Shown: positions 26,470 through 35,092 of the stretch, one piece after another
Numbering within the stretch: position 1 is the stretch's first letter
How the letters are laid out: each line of letters starts with the position of its first letter
Source of the DNA: a phage
Strand: one strand, 5' to 3'
Sequence record: OZ346189.1
DNA length: 64,000 nucleotides
Position numbers and translations under genes: made by a program
The notes under the pieces: generated by a model
Database searches by the model: none
The model's input: the letters and a program-made list of their open reading frames with translations, nothing else
What the model was told of the DNA's origin: nothing

Positions 26470-26781
26470 ATGATCGCTATTACGCCAACCGTTTTAGATT
26501 GGTATCGGCAACGCATAGCGCCTCCGCTGGCTATCTTCAAAGATGCGGAAGCAAAACAACGCCGGATCTCAATACATGAGATCATCAACCTTAACGCTGG
26601 AGGCACACCATACCGCCCAGGACCTGGCCGTGAGATGGACAATACATTGGCGATCCTGAAGATACGCCGTAAACGGTCCTCCCTTACGCTGGATTCATTA
26701 CACACAATGCAGTCCCCGTTCCAGGTGACTGGGAAACGGATCGCCAGGTCCTGGACAAAGGCCAATGACCGGACCGTATAA
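26470..26781 (+). CDS. hypothetical basic protein
   Basis: 103 aa; GGGGG SD. Confidence 0.45.
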   Translation: MIAITPTVLDWYRQRIAPPLAIFKDAEAKQRRISIHEIINLNAGGTPYRPGPGREMDNTLAILKIRRKRSSLTLDSLHTMQSPFQVTGKRIARSWTKANDRTV

Positions 26782-26868
26782 ATAAAAAGTGTTTTGGTAC
26801 TGATTTTGGGGTTGACTTGTTCGGCCCCTTTTGCTATTCTTATTAAACGGGCGGCACTTGGGAACAGG

Positions 26869-26891
26869 GGGAGACAATCACCAGGCCTGCC
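26869..26891 (-). repeat. conserved motif copy 3 (inverted orientation)
   Basis: GGGAGACAATCACCAGGCCTGCC on + strand; reverse complement 22/23 identical to 17081-17104, flanking CCCCTGTT also conserved. Confidence 0.5.
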
Positions 26892-26916
26892 TGTCATATA
26901 AGAACTATAAAAACCG

Positions 26917-26945
26917 TTGACATCTGCCAGGGGGTGGGGTAACAT
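26917..26945 (+). promoter_or_regulatory. sigma70-like promoter
   Basis: TTGACA 26917-26922, 17-nt spacer, TAACAT 26940-26945; second candidate TTGACT 26812-26817 / TATTCT 26835-26840. Confidence 0.4.
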
Positions 26946-26999
26946 TTATCTTGAAGGGGCAAAGGTGCCCACACAACAACCAGAAGAGAGGAAAACACT

Positions 27000-27272
27000 A
27001 TGTCAAGCTGGATTAATCAAGAAGTCGAATCACGTTTTAATGCTATTTGGGATCTCATCGAAAAAGAAGACGGCACATCAAGCCCCTACCTCAACAATTT
27101 GGAATTCCATTTTGTGGAAGCGATGAACGCAGAACATGATCACGAAGGTGGTGCGGACGAGTTCGCTAAAGGGTATGGCTTCAACAATGCCAACGAAATG
27201 ATCGAGGCGGTTGTACTCCAGGCTGAGGAAGATTATCAATTAAAAACGCTTGAATTCTGCCGCCGTAAGTAA
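27000..27272 (+). CDS. acidic hypothetical protein
   Basis: 90 aa; AGAGAGGAAAA SD. Confidence 0.5.
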   Translation: MSSWINQEVESRFNAIWDLIEKEDGTSSPYLNNLEFHFVEAMNAEHDHEGGADEFAKGYGFNNANEMIEAVVLQAEEDYQLKTLEFCRRK

Positions 27273-27332
27273 TAAGATAATGACACGGGCCGGGAGGCCC
27301 ACTAATCAGAACCACACAAAGAGGTAAACATC

Positions 27333-27596
27333 ATGAAACGTCTTGATCAGCTTAAACTAGTTCAGTACATGGCCTACAAAGTTCTTGAAGTCCAAAAAGG
27401 TAGCAAAAAAGAGGTTTGCGAGAAAGCATATAAGATCTTTACCCGTAAAAAAGATGATTGGATGTTACGCCAGACCAAAAAAGCCGATATCCTGGGATAC
27501 CTGGAAGAAGAGATCCGACTTGAAGAACAAGAAGAGATCCGCCGTAGTGAGGCAGATTATCAGGCAGCTTGGGAAAACTGGATGAGCAACAAATAA
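27333..27596 (+). CDS. hypothetical protein
   Basis: 87 aa; AAGAGGTAAA SD; Lys/Glu-rich. Confidence 0.5.
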   Translation: MKRLDQLKLVQYMAYKVLEVQKGSKKEVCEKAYKIFTRKKDDWMLRQTKKADILGYLEEEIRLEEQEEIRRSEADYQAAWENWMSNK

Positions 27597-27662
27597 TACA
27601 ACAAGTTACATGGTCAGGGGCAATAAAGCCCCTTGATCACATAAAAATTATGCTATCCCTGG

Positions 27663-27691
27663 TTGACAGGGATCGGCAGTTTTGCTATATT
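27663..27691 (+). promoter_or_regulatory. sigma70-like promoter
   Basis: TTGACA 27663-27668, 17-nt spacer, TATATT 27686-27691. Confidence 0.55.
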
Positions 27692-27740
27692 CTTTTTTGA
27701 AGGGAAGTTGTAAGAAAATTAACTAAGAGGTAAAAACACC

Positions 27741-28160
27741 ATGAACATTAAATCTAATAATCCGGCATATAGCTTTGATAACGCTTTTTGTCACGGTCCG
27801 GCGGCGAAAGGATTCGAAATCGATGGTAAACTAATTATTGTCAATGTTGACGGGGAAGAGGTTGCAGTATATCCGGTGGCAGACGTAAAAAGCCGTTTAC
27901 AATGCCGCATGGATGTTACCGCCTATCAGCTTGATCCGGTCCGCATAGTTGCCCTGGTCCTGGAAGAAGAAATTAAAGCCATGCACCATAGCAACAGATT
28001 TATTGGTGACGCGCAGGATAATATGAAAGTATGCCGCCATAAAGTTAATGAAGTGCTTAAAGAGTACGGCTATAAAGATCTTATGATCAAACGTGAGGAA
28101 AAATTCCGCTACCGTAACGACCTGGCAAATCGGATTTTTGAAATATACGAATCATTATAA
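27741..28160 (+). CDS. hypothetical protein
   Basis: 139 aa; AAGAGGTAAAA SD; last gene of + block. Confidence 0.55.
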   Translation: MNIKSNNPAYSFDNAFCHGPAAKGFEIDGKLIIVNVDGEEVAVYPVADVKSRLQCRMDVTAYQLDPVRIVALVLEEEIKAMHHSNRFIGDAQDNMKVCRHKVNEVLKEYGYKDLMIKREEKFRYRNDLANRIFEIYESL

Positions 28161-28178
28161 TTTTTTAACTGAATTATC

Positions 28179-28203
28179 AAGGGGCTTAGGCCCCTTTCTT
28201 TTT
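28179..28203 (+). terminator. rho-independent terminator at end of + block
   Basis: AGGGGC-TTAG-GCCCCT followed by TTCTTTTT. Confidence 0.65.
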
Positions 28204-28589
28204 GTCTGCTCTTCCTCCTACCACAAACGGCCCAGCCTGGCAAGTGGAATAATTGACTAGCCATCAATCCCACACACTGTACAAATATACATGGAAAATA
28301 ACTATTGCATAATTTTTCATTGTGTGGTAGCAGGTCCATTTTTACCCGTTTTCTCTCTCAAAATTGCACGTAATGCCGCTATTGCACAAAATTTAACCTG
28401 ATGCACATCTTCAATATCTTGTCAACAACTAAAAATCTTTATAAGTCATACACTTACACACTCACAAAAGCGTGTTCTACGTGAAAAATCGAGTATAACT
28501 ATAGCCGCCAGATCTCAGAATTTACAAAGGCCATCATTAAAGCTTCAGTAAAATCAGTCATTCCTCACCTCTTGTTAGTCACTATACTA

Positions 28590-28853
28590 TCATTTATCCT
28601 TGTCGTCAAGAACTTTTTTAAATCTTTCAGGGATATCTCCCGTTCTTAGATAGTTCATGACCTCGCAAGGTTCCCACTTGAATTTCTTACAGAGCAGGGC
28701 GGCTGAGATTGTTTCATTGCGAAAAGAAAGGATATTAATATCCCACTCTGAGAACCCCAACTTCCGAAGGGTAGCTACAGAAATCCTCACCGCAACCCAG
28801 CAGCAAAAACATGCAACAAACGCCACTGCTACAACCCACATCAGGATGTTCAT
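28590..28853 (-). CDS. membrane protein
   Basis: 87 aa; N-terminal TM WVVAVAFVACFCCWVAV; last gene of - block. Confidence 0.45.
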   Translation of the reverse strand: MNILMWVVAVAFVACFCCWVAVRISVATLRKLGFSEWDINILSFRNETISAALLCKKFKWEPCEVMNYLRTGDIPERFKKVLDDKDK

Positions 28854-28862
28854 ATAAGCACC

Positions 28863-28946
28863 TTACTGAAATACAAGACACAGTGTTAAGGTTACTGACC
28901 AGCAAATAATTAACAGTGCCGTTGCAACCTTGGCAAGATTTATCAT
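28863..28946 (-). CDS. micro-ORF, hydrophobic (27 aa)
   Basis: ATG overlaps upstream stop (ATGA); MINLAKVATALLIICWSVTLTLCLVFQ; GAGG SD. Confidence 0.25.
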   Translation of the reverse strand: MINLAKVATALLIICWSVTLTLCLVFQ

Positions 28947-29230
28947 AGTGCCTCTAAGATTTCATATCCTTCGGGTCGGAATACAAGCCACTCCGTGGCT
29001 CCGTTTGGTCGATACGCTTTATACAGAACAACCTGGTCTCGGCACATGCACATGGCTACATAGTTTTCATCCACACCTGCAGCCTGCATTGCATCTTCTT
29101 CTCCGGCAACTGCTTTGCTTACAACTTCCTTGGTAGGCAGGTGTGCGATCAGCTCGTCACCATCATTAATTCCAAAATGGCTGAGTTCGCCGTTGGTATC
29201 TTTAATCTTAATCTTAACCAGATCTTTCAT
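28943..29230 (-). CDS. small acidic protein, paralog family member
   Basis: 95 aa; N-terminal KIKIK and C-terminal ...EGYEILEAL shared with family. Confidence 0.5.
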   Translation of the reverse strand: MKDLVKIKIKDTNGELSHFGINDGDELIAHLPTKEVVSKAVAGEEDAMQAAGVDENYVAMCMCRDQVVLYKAYRPNGATEWLVFRPEGYEILEAL

Positions 29231-29559
29231 TAGTCTTCCCCCAGGTTCAAAGGTCCTAAGATTTCATATGCCAGATTAGAAGTTACAAGAGGGTCTTCTG
29301 CGTCTTTAGTATTATACCACCCGTGAATAACCAGAGTCCCACTTTGTTTCATGTCCAACTGGAACTCTTCTGCCGTTTCCTCATCCAGCTCCAAGATTTC
29401 CATAAGGTATTTGATGTTAGGGAGGTATGCAGCTGTTACAGTCCCCTCTACCAGACCTTCAGGCCAACCTACATCTGGATGACAAGTAGGAACCAGATTG
29501 GTCAGCTTAATGGTGTACGCTTTTTCTGCACGAGCCTTCAGTAACGGGTCAATCTTCAT
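29230..29559 (-). CDS. hypothetical protein
   Basis: 109 aa; acidic. Confidence 0.5.
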   Translation of the reverse strand: MKIDPLLKARAEKAYTIKLTNLVPTCHPDVGWPEGLVEGTVTAAYLPNIKYLMEILELDEETAEEFQLDMKQSGTLVIHGWYNTKDAEDPLVTSNLAYEILGPLNLGED

Positions 29560-29909
29560 TATTCGTCCTCCTCTTCGGTACCTGCTTCCAGTAATAAGTT
29601 AAGAATATCTTCTGCACAAGGCTCATAGAACTCTTGGCCTTCATTATCGATGATTTTGTAGTCATCTCCGCGAATAATCAGAGGATCACTCTCAAAATTA
29701 TCGAGACCTTTAACAACGACAACACGATCGATTGCCATCATTGTAAGAACTTTATCGACATCTTCCTCTGCTACACCATACTGCAGCAGAATGTCTTTGG
29801 TAGGAGGAACAGCATCCACCACAACACCGTTACCAAAACCTTCCGGTAAGTTAGCTAAAATATCTTCCGGAACCACACTAACATCAAAACCAGTAATTTC
29901 TACTTTCAT
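29559..29909 (-). CDS. small acidic protein
   Basis: 116 aa; MKVEITG... start; poly-Glu C-terminus. Confidence 0.5.
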   Translation of the reverse strand: MKVEITGFDVSVVPEDILANLPEGFGNGVVVDAVPPTKDILLQYGVAEEDVDKVLTMMAIDRVVVVKGLDNFESDPLIIRGDDYKIIDNEGQEFYEPCAEDILNLLLEAGTEEEDE

Positions 29910-30170
29910 TTACAGCACCTCTTCGTCAACTACTTCATAAAAATGGCCTGGGATTGCAATAGCGTTCTCACCTTCACCTACAAACACAGTTCCGTCAAGA
30001 ATCAACATCATAAGAGTTTCTGGAATATCCTCTTCCTGAACGTTGCCAAAACCTTTAATCAGCTCGTAGGTTGGAAGATTTACCTCTAAGATGTCACCAT
30101 CTTTAGAGCGGAAATCAACACCATCCTGAATCTCTGCCATTTCAAGGTTTTTCAGTTTAATCTTCATCAA
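29910..30170 (-). CDS. small acidic protein, paralog family member
   Basis: 86 aa; MMKIKLKNLE...HFYEVVDEEVL. Confidence 0.5.
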   Translation of the reverse strand: MMKIKLKNLEMAEIQDGVDFRSKDGDILEVNLPTYELIKGFGNVQEEDIPETLMMLILDGTVFVGEGENAIAIPGHFYEVVDEEVL

Positions 30171-30246
30171 TCAGTCTCCCGTCTTGTTAAGATGAAGGTA
30201 TTATTTCACACAGGGTTGGCGTTGTCAACACCTGTGTGCAAGAAAA

Positions 30247-30642
30247 TTACTGAAACAGTGCGGATAAATTACCTTCTGGTGGGAACTTATCTGCCAAAAA
30301 CGGTGTTAGCACAGTAGCCTTCTGAAGATCTGGGGTCCACTCGTTGTTCAGAACATCCCAGTAGTACGCAATGTTGCTGTGTGGGTGCCGCATTACGAAC
30401 TTTTTCCCTTCGTAGTCATCTGAAACCTCTACAGAAGAAATAACAACAGAATCTTCAAGGGTTTCTTCATAGAAAGATCCACCTTCAAATTTCCAACGAG
30501 ATGCAAGAGCTCCTGCCTTGAACGCTGCAGATAACGGACTGTCTGCAAGAACATACATTTCTTGCACTCTGTCGCTGCGATCTTTGCTTCTTACGTTGTA
30601 TACAGTATCTGAGCTATACTCAACACGGTATAGGCTTACCAT
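30247..30642 (-). CDS. hypothetical protein (paralog of 32449-32847)
   Basis: 131 aa; shared segments ..A.KAG.A.RW..EG... and ..HP.S...YW.....WTP. Confidence 0.55.
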   Translation of the reverse strand: MVSLYRVEYSSDTVYNVRSKDRSDRVQEMYVLADSPLSAAFKAGALASRWKFEGGSFYEETLEDSVVISSVEVSDDYEGKKFVMRHPHSNIAYYWDVLNNEWTPDLQKATVLTPFLADKFPPEGNLSALFQ

Positions 30643-30974
30643 TACCGCACCTCCTCAATAACTTCCACATCTGAGCCCACCACAAATGCAAAAGGACAGG
30701 TTTCATGAAAGACATCCGGATCGCCGCCAAGCTTGCTAACAATCTCTCCACCACTAATAAACACAAGCTCACCGATATTCATCAGATTGCTGAAATAGTA
30801 CCCATAATGATTAAAGAATGCAGCAGGGTCAGGTAGACTAGTAGCCTCAAGCACTACATCAGTTGAGGTTACTTTCTTATCATAACCTCTCGCCTTTTGA
30901 GATGCAAGATCTGCAGAATCCTCAGGCGACCGGAGATGCACAGGAATTGTTTCACCAATAAAGCGTACTTTCAT
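30642..30974 (-). CDS. small acidic protein, paralog family member
   Basis: ORF track 30642-31001; family-type start MKVRFIGE at 30974; C-terminus ...DVEVIEEVR. Confidence 0.5.
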   Translation of the reverse strand: MKVRFIGETIPVHLRSPEDSADLASQKARGYDKKVTSTDVVLEATSLPDPAAFFNHYGYYFSNLMNIGELVFISGGEIVSKLGGDPDVFHETCPFAFVVGSDVEVIEEVR

Positions 30975-30978
30975 ATTA

Positions 30979-31242
30979 TCACCCAACAACCATAGCTTCA
31001 AAAGGGGTCATGAACGAATAAACGGCATCATCATCTGCTTCAGGGAATGCTCCCAAAGACTTCATGTCTGAGCCCTTGACAAATACAAGGTTTTGATCAA
31101 AAGCTTCTTGAGGATCAATCCGATACATATTTCGTAGAATATCGCCTACCTCCTCATCAAGAGGTGAGTATGCTGTGCACGTTTTTCCGATCAAGCTTTG
31201 AGAATCAGGGTATCCACCTGAAGTTTTAAAATAAACAATCAT
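30979..31242 (-). CDS. hypothetical protein
   Basis: 87 aa. Confidence 0.45.
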   Translation of the reverse strand: MIVYFKTSGGYPDSQSLIGKTCTAYSPLDEEVGDILRNMYRIDPQEAFDQNLVFVKGSDMKSLGAFPEADDDAVYSFMTPFEAMVVG

Positions 31243-31333
31243 ATAGTATCACCTCTGGTAAGAGATTGGGATTCCTTTCCCACAAATAATTACAAACCTT
31301 CCTTATCGAGGAAGTATGCTAATCCAAGCAGGA

Positions 31334-31603
31334 TTATTCCTCTACAATCTCATACACATCCGGAGTTACAATCAACTCTTCTCCGTTACCCGGTGCAACA
31401 AACACCACCATGCCTTCAGGTGTGTGCTTTTTAGCCATCTCGATAACATCTTCTCGCAGAGCTGGCTCCATCAGATCAAAACCTTCACCCAGGGCATCAC
31501 GAACCACCTTCATATAGTCAACTGGTTGTGCTTCGACAATCATACCTTCAACCAGTCCACAGTTTTTGTCTGCCAGCTCAGTTTTGAATAATTTAATTTT
31601 CAT
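31334..31603 (-). CDS. small acidic protein, paralog family member
   Basis: 89 aa; MKIKLFKTEL...DVYEIVEE. Confidence 0.5.
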   Translation of the reverse strand: MKIKLFKTELADKNCGLVEGMIVEAQPVDYMKVVRDALGEGFDLMEPALREDVIEMAKKHTPEGMVVFVAPGNGEELIVTPDVYEIVEE

Positions 31604-31629
31604 TTAGAGGTCTCCTCAATTATTTGATA

Positions 31630-31731
31630 TTAATAGCCGTAACCTAACACATTAACTACAACTGCGATTGCAAACATAATTTCAAAGCATGCAATCTCTA
31701 CATTTGGAACTAATTTCTTGATCACACCCAT
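31630..31731 (-). CDS. micro-ORF, hydrophobic (33 aa)
   Basis: MGVIKKLVPNVEIACFEIMFAIAVVVNVLGYGY; GAGGTG SD 7 nt upstream. Confidence 0.25.
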   Translation of the reverse strand: MGVIKKLVPNVEIACFEIMFAIAVVVNVLGYGY

Positions 31732-31740
31732 TGTAGCACC

Positions 31741-32058
31741 TCATTCTCTAAAGTCAATCTTTACTTTGCCTTTCCCCTTACCTTTCTTTCCACCGCATTT
31801 AGCCAGTTGACGTGCTGCAACATCTACCATACGGTCAGTTGCCTCGTAAGCATCACTGCCTTTAGCTTTGGCAATAACTTCTTTTCCAGAATTGTCAAAA
31901 ATGAACGCCATAACTTCCTGGTGATCATTTTCAACTTTTACACTCACACGTGCATAGTTGGCAGAGGGATGCAAACGCTCCAGCTTAGACATTTTGTGGG
32001 AAATGAAAGACACCATACCTTCAGTGATTTCTACGTTGCCAGTGATTTCAATTTGCAT
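31741..32058 (-). CDS. hpf: ribosome hibernation promoting factor / RaiA family protein
   Basis: 105 aa; MQIEITGNVEITEGMVSFISHKMSKLERL...ARVSVKVE...AKAKGSDAYEATDRMVDVAARQLAK parallels bacterial HPF/YfiA (MQLNITG..VEIT.AL...KL......V.LKVEK......A.G.D.Y.AID...DKL.RQL) over its full length. Confidence 0.7.
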   Translation of the reverse strand: MQIEITGNVEITEGMVSFISHKMSKLERLHPSANYARVSVKVENDHQEVMAFIFDNSGKEVIAKAKGSDAYEATDRMVDVAARQLAKCGGKKGKGKGKVKIDFRE

Positions 32059-32140
32059 AACGTGTTCCTTTTAAAGAAGAGGGAACCAAACCCTCTTTGA
32101 AAACAATGATACTAAATCTGAAGCGTTGTGTCAACAGTTT

Positions 32141-32431
32141 TTACAGATTGTTGTCGATAGTTTTTAAAATATCCACAGCAAGATCTGCCATTTTTCGAAC
32201 ATACTCTGCAAACTCAACAGGATCCTTGATCAAAGAATTCACAGGGTCGTACCCTAGAGCGTTCAAAATGGCTGCAGCATCTACAACCTTCTCATCATTT
32301 GCGAAGATCTCTCCATCAAACTTGTAGGTCCATTTTGAGTCAATCTTGGCAGGGAATGATTGGTCAACGCTTGTTACACCATCCTTTTTAAACGCTCCGG
32401 TGTTATCAGTGTCTAGAACTAAATCCATCAT
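32141..32431 (-). CDS. hypothetical protein
   Basis: 96 aa; acidic. Confidence 0.45.
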   Translation of the reverse strand: MMDLVLDTDNTGAFKKDGVTSVDQSFPAKIDSKWTYKFDGEIFANDEKVVDAAAILNALGYDPVNSLIKDPVEFAEYVRKMADLAVDILKTIDNNL

Positions 32432-32448
32432 GTTAGTACCTCACCGTT

Positions 32449-32847
32449 TCAGTTTAGCTTTTCTTCAACAACCCCATAGCTCGGGACAGAGTCAAGAGCT
32501 TTCTGGTTTAAAAGTGGTGTAGCAGAATCTGCAAACGGTGTCCAAGTTTTTGTTCTGGCATTCCAGTAATGCTTCACTCTGGAATCTGGATGCACTATAA
32601 CAAAAACTTTTTCACTTGTCAACACATTAATTTCTTCTACACCCTTGCTGATAATTTCTCCGTCATAGCCACCAGTCTGGTATCCTTCGTACCAGGTTCT
32701 TGCATATGCATAGCCAGCCTGCCAGCATGCAGCCTCCTCCGAGGTGGAGACTACGTAGAAGTCTTTCTCAAATTCTGGGATACGCCCTTGCTTTACGCTC
32801 CAAGCTCCGCGAATTTTCATTGTAACTTTGAACAGTTTATTTTTCAC
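32449..32847 (-). CDS. hypothetical protein (paralog of 30247-30642)
   Basis: 132 aa. Confidence 0.55.
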   Translation of the reverse strand: MKNKLFKVTMKIRGAWSVKQGRIPEFEKDFYVVSTSEEAACWQAGYAYARTWYEGYQTGGYDGEIISKGVEEINVLTSEKVFVIVHPDSRVKHYWNARTKTWTPFADSATPLLNQKALDSVPSYGVVEEKLN

Positions 32848-32859
32848 AACGGTTACCCA

Positions 32860-33114
32860 TCACAGCTCTACAATCTCTGCATCTGACCCTGCCCCAAAGG
32901 CATAATAGGATTCTTCCCCGAAATAATATTCCGGTGCACCAGCAGCGATCAGGTCTGATCCCAAGATAAACACCACGTTGTGGCCTACATAACTGTGATG
33001 TTGCCGCACAGGATCATCCCACGGCAACCCTTCAAAGTATACCGCAGGAACGACCTTTCCCTTCAGGAAGGATTGTCCCAAGTAGACGTTAGAATCAAGA
33101 ATTTTAACCTTCAT
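32860..33114 (-). CDS. small acidic protein, paralog family member
   Basis: 84 aa; MKVKILDSNVYLGQ...DLIAAGA...DAEIVEL. Confidence 0.5.
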   Translation of the reverse strand: MKVKILDSNVYLGQSFLKGKVVPAVYFEGLPWDDPVRQHHSYVGHNVVFILGSDLIAAGAPEYYFGEESYYAFGAGSDAEIVEL

Positions 33115-33331
33115 TCTCGTCCTCCACTATCTCTACATCCTCACCAAGGGCAAAGTTGTAGGTCCACTGGCTGTCAAAGCAGTCCTGAGATGCACCAGCG
33201 GAAATAAGATCTGCACCTTTTATTTTTAAAAGGTCAGGATAATCTTCGTTAGGGATAGCGGTAAACACTTTCCCCACTAAGGGCTCCTGACCAATATAGA
33301 AGCTTGAATCTAAAACTTTAACTTTCATCAA
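33104..33331 (-). CDS. small acidic protein, paralog family member
   Basis: 75 aa; MMKVKVLDSSFYIGQ...DLISAGA...DVEIVEDENEG. Confidence 0.5.
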   Translation of the reverse strand: MMKVKVLDSSFYIGQEPLVGKVFTAIPNEDYPDLLKIKGADLISAGASQDCFDSQWTYNFALGEDVEIVEDENEG

Positions 33332-33615
33332 CGGTCTCCCTCAGGCGGTTGTGGGACGTAAACACTGTTACGAATATCGTCAGCAGTGTAGTAATAAGTG
33401 GTTCCAACCCTATCTCGGGCTGCAATGTACTCTGCTATACCAATAAGTGCCATTGATTTGGTGGCGTATCTTCCCCACTCGTTAGCTCCCCAGTAGAATT
33501 TAGACCAGTAGGGAATAATACCGAACAAATATACCTTTTGACGAACTTCCCAGTAAGTGCCTTTTCCGACAAGTTTAAACTCTACTTCACTACTGTTAAT
33601 CTTTTTCATTATCAA
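33328..33615 (-). CDS. hypothetical protein
   Basis: 95 aa; Trp/Tyr-rich. Confidence 0.45.
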   Translation of the reverse strand: MIMKKINSSEVEFKLVGKGTYWEVRQKVYLFGIIPYWSKFYWGANEWGRYATKSMALIGIAEYIAARDRVGTTYYYTADDIRNSVYVPQPPEGDR

Positions 33616-33908
33616 TCTCCCTCTACCGTGGTCGGATTGTCAGTAAGAAATTGAGCATTGGCTGGAGGCACGCCTGACATTTTCCACACAACCATAAGTT
33701 TGTAACCAGGAACTCTATTAAGTGCAGATCGAGTAGAGTTTGTGCACGTATACTTTCGCTTTCCAAACCCGTTCTCCATCATAATCCAGTACCCAGTATC
33801 TTTGTCACCAGGTATCGGTAGACCACCTTCATCAACCCACTGAATGGACCACGGCACGATGGCTACAGCTTTATATTTAAACTTTTTAAACCACTCAAAA
33901 AGTTTCAT
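33612..33908 (-). CDS. hypothetical protein
   Basis: 98 aa. Confidence 0.45.
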   Translation of the reverse strand: MKLFEWFKKFKYKAVAIVPWSIQWVDEGGLPIPGDKDTGYWIMMENGFGKRKYTCTNSTRSALNRVPGYKLMVVWKMSGVPPANAQFLTDNPTTVEGD

Positions 33909-34003
33909 AATTCAGCCTCGCATAGACATAATCACTATAAACAGGCAAACAATGAATCCGAATGCCACGCCACCCATAAACGTTAATATTGATGCAATCA
34001 TAG

Positions 34004-34189
34004 TCAATCAGCCTCGCTTGGCAACTCTTCTACCTTAACATGCCGAAAAGTGTTACCGTAATGGTTGATCCATGACATCAGCTCGCTTTCTTGCTCTTCC
34101 TCTGGGATGAACTCTCGAATGCTGACAAGTTTTAAGAAAACCCAATCACAATCTGCACCCATTCTACCAGACAGGCAATAGTGCTTCAT
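34004..34189 (-). CDS. hypothetical protein
   Basis: 61 aa. Confidence 0.35.
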   Translation of the reverse strand: MKHYCLSGRMGADCDWVFLKLVSIREFIPEEEQESELMSWINHYGNTFRHVKVEELPSEAD

Positions 34190-34207
34190 AAAACCCCCCC
34201 ACCTGGT

Positions 34208-34402
34208 TTAGAATATTGCTTCTTCCATTGCACCTGAGAGCAACAAAGAGGTGATCTGGCTAACATTCATCTCAGACTCTACTTCCTCCCCTTTGAAAGG
34301 TTCGCGGCAGAATAGGACTGTTTCAGGACTTTTACTTCGAACAATATAATACAAATCATTCAATGTGTTGTAGTAATAAGTGTTAAAACGTAAGTTTTTC
34401 AT
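34208..34402 (-). CDS. hypothetical protein
   Basis: 64 aa. Confidence 0.35.
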   Translation of the reverse strand: MKNLRFNTYYYNTLNDLYYIVRSKSPETVLFCREPFKGEEVESEMNVSQITSLLLSGAMEEAIF

Positions 34403-34686
34403 TTTCTAGTCCCCTTCTTAGATTTTTGTGTAGAAACGCTTTCTGCAATACGAGACAAACGTTCTTCTGAAGCCTTGCCTATTCCAGGTTTTTTGAGTGG
34501 GTTATCTTTATGACCACAATCCAATTGGATATTGGATACCTCTCCAACCTTGTAAGTCAATTCTAGCAAAAGGTTGTCGTCCTTGTCAAATGTTCTTACG
34601 ATAAATTTTTTATCGTTCTCCTGAACTTCGTATCGGGTACCCGCAGTATACAACATGGTGCCATCCGCATAGGATATCCAGATCAT
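34399..34686 (-). CDS. hypothetical protein
   Basis: 95 aa; basic C-terminus. Confidence 0.45.
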   Translation of the reverse strand: MIWISYADGTMLYTAGTRYEVQENDKKFIVRTFDKDDNLLLELTYKVGEVSNIQLDCGHKDNPLKKPGIGKASEERLSRIAESVSTQKSKKGTRK

Positions 34687-35030
34687 TGAACCTCCTTCTG
34701 CTGCAACAGCATTAACTCTTTGTTGGAGATTTTTACTGCTGTTTTTATTGTTCCATCTTCACGAAACCACGACCAGAACTCTACAGTGTCCCCACTGTCA
34801 AGCAAAGCATACCCGTGGTAGAAGTCTTTGTCCTTAGACAGTTTCTCATCTATGTCTGCATCGACACATTCGTGATCCATAGCATTTTGCCTGAATGCAT
34901 CGGTTATACCAATGCACGCCTTGCTCTCAAGACTGGTATATCCGATATCTTTTAATTCAGTTTCCCAAGTCCAGTACCCTATAAAAGCTAAAACAGCTAC
35001 CCACATTAATAACGTTTTAATCTTTGGCAT
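34683..35030 (-). CDS. secreted or membrane-anchored protein
   Basis: 115 aa; N-terminal hydrophobic segment LLMWVAVLAFIGYW. Confidence 0.45.
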   Translation of the reverse strand: MPKIKTLLMWVAVLAFIGYWTWETELKDIGYTSLESKACIGITDAFRQNAMDHECVDADIDEKLSKDKDFYHGYALLDSGDTVEFWSWFREDGTIKTAVKISNKELMLLQQKEVQ

Positions 35031-35092
35031 TCTCTCTACCTCTTTCTTAGTTTATTTCACTATGGCACATCCTTTGTGCCATATCTCAACCA

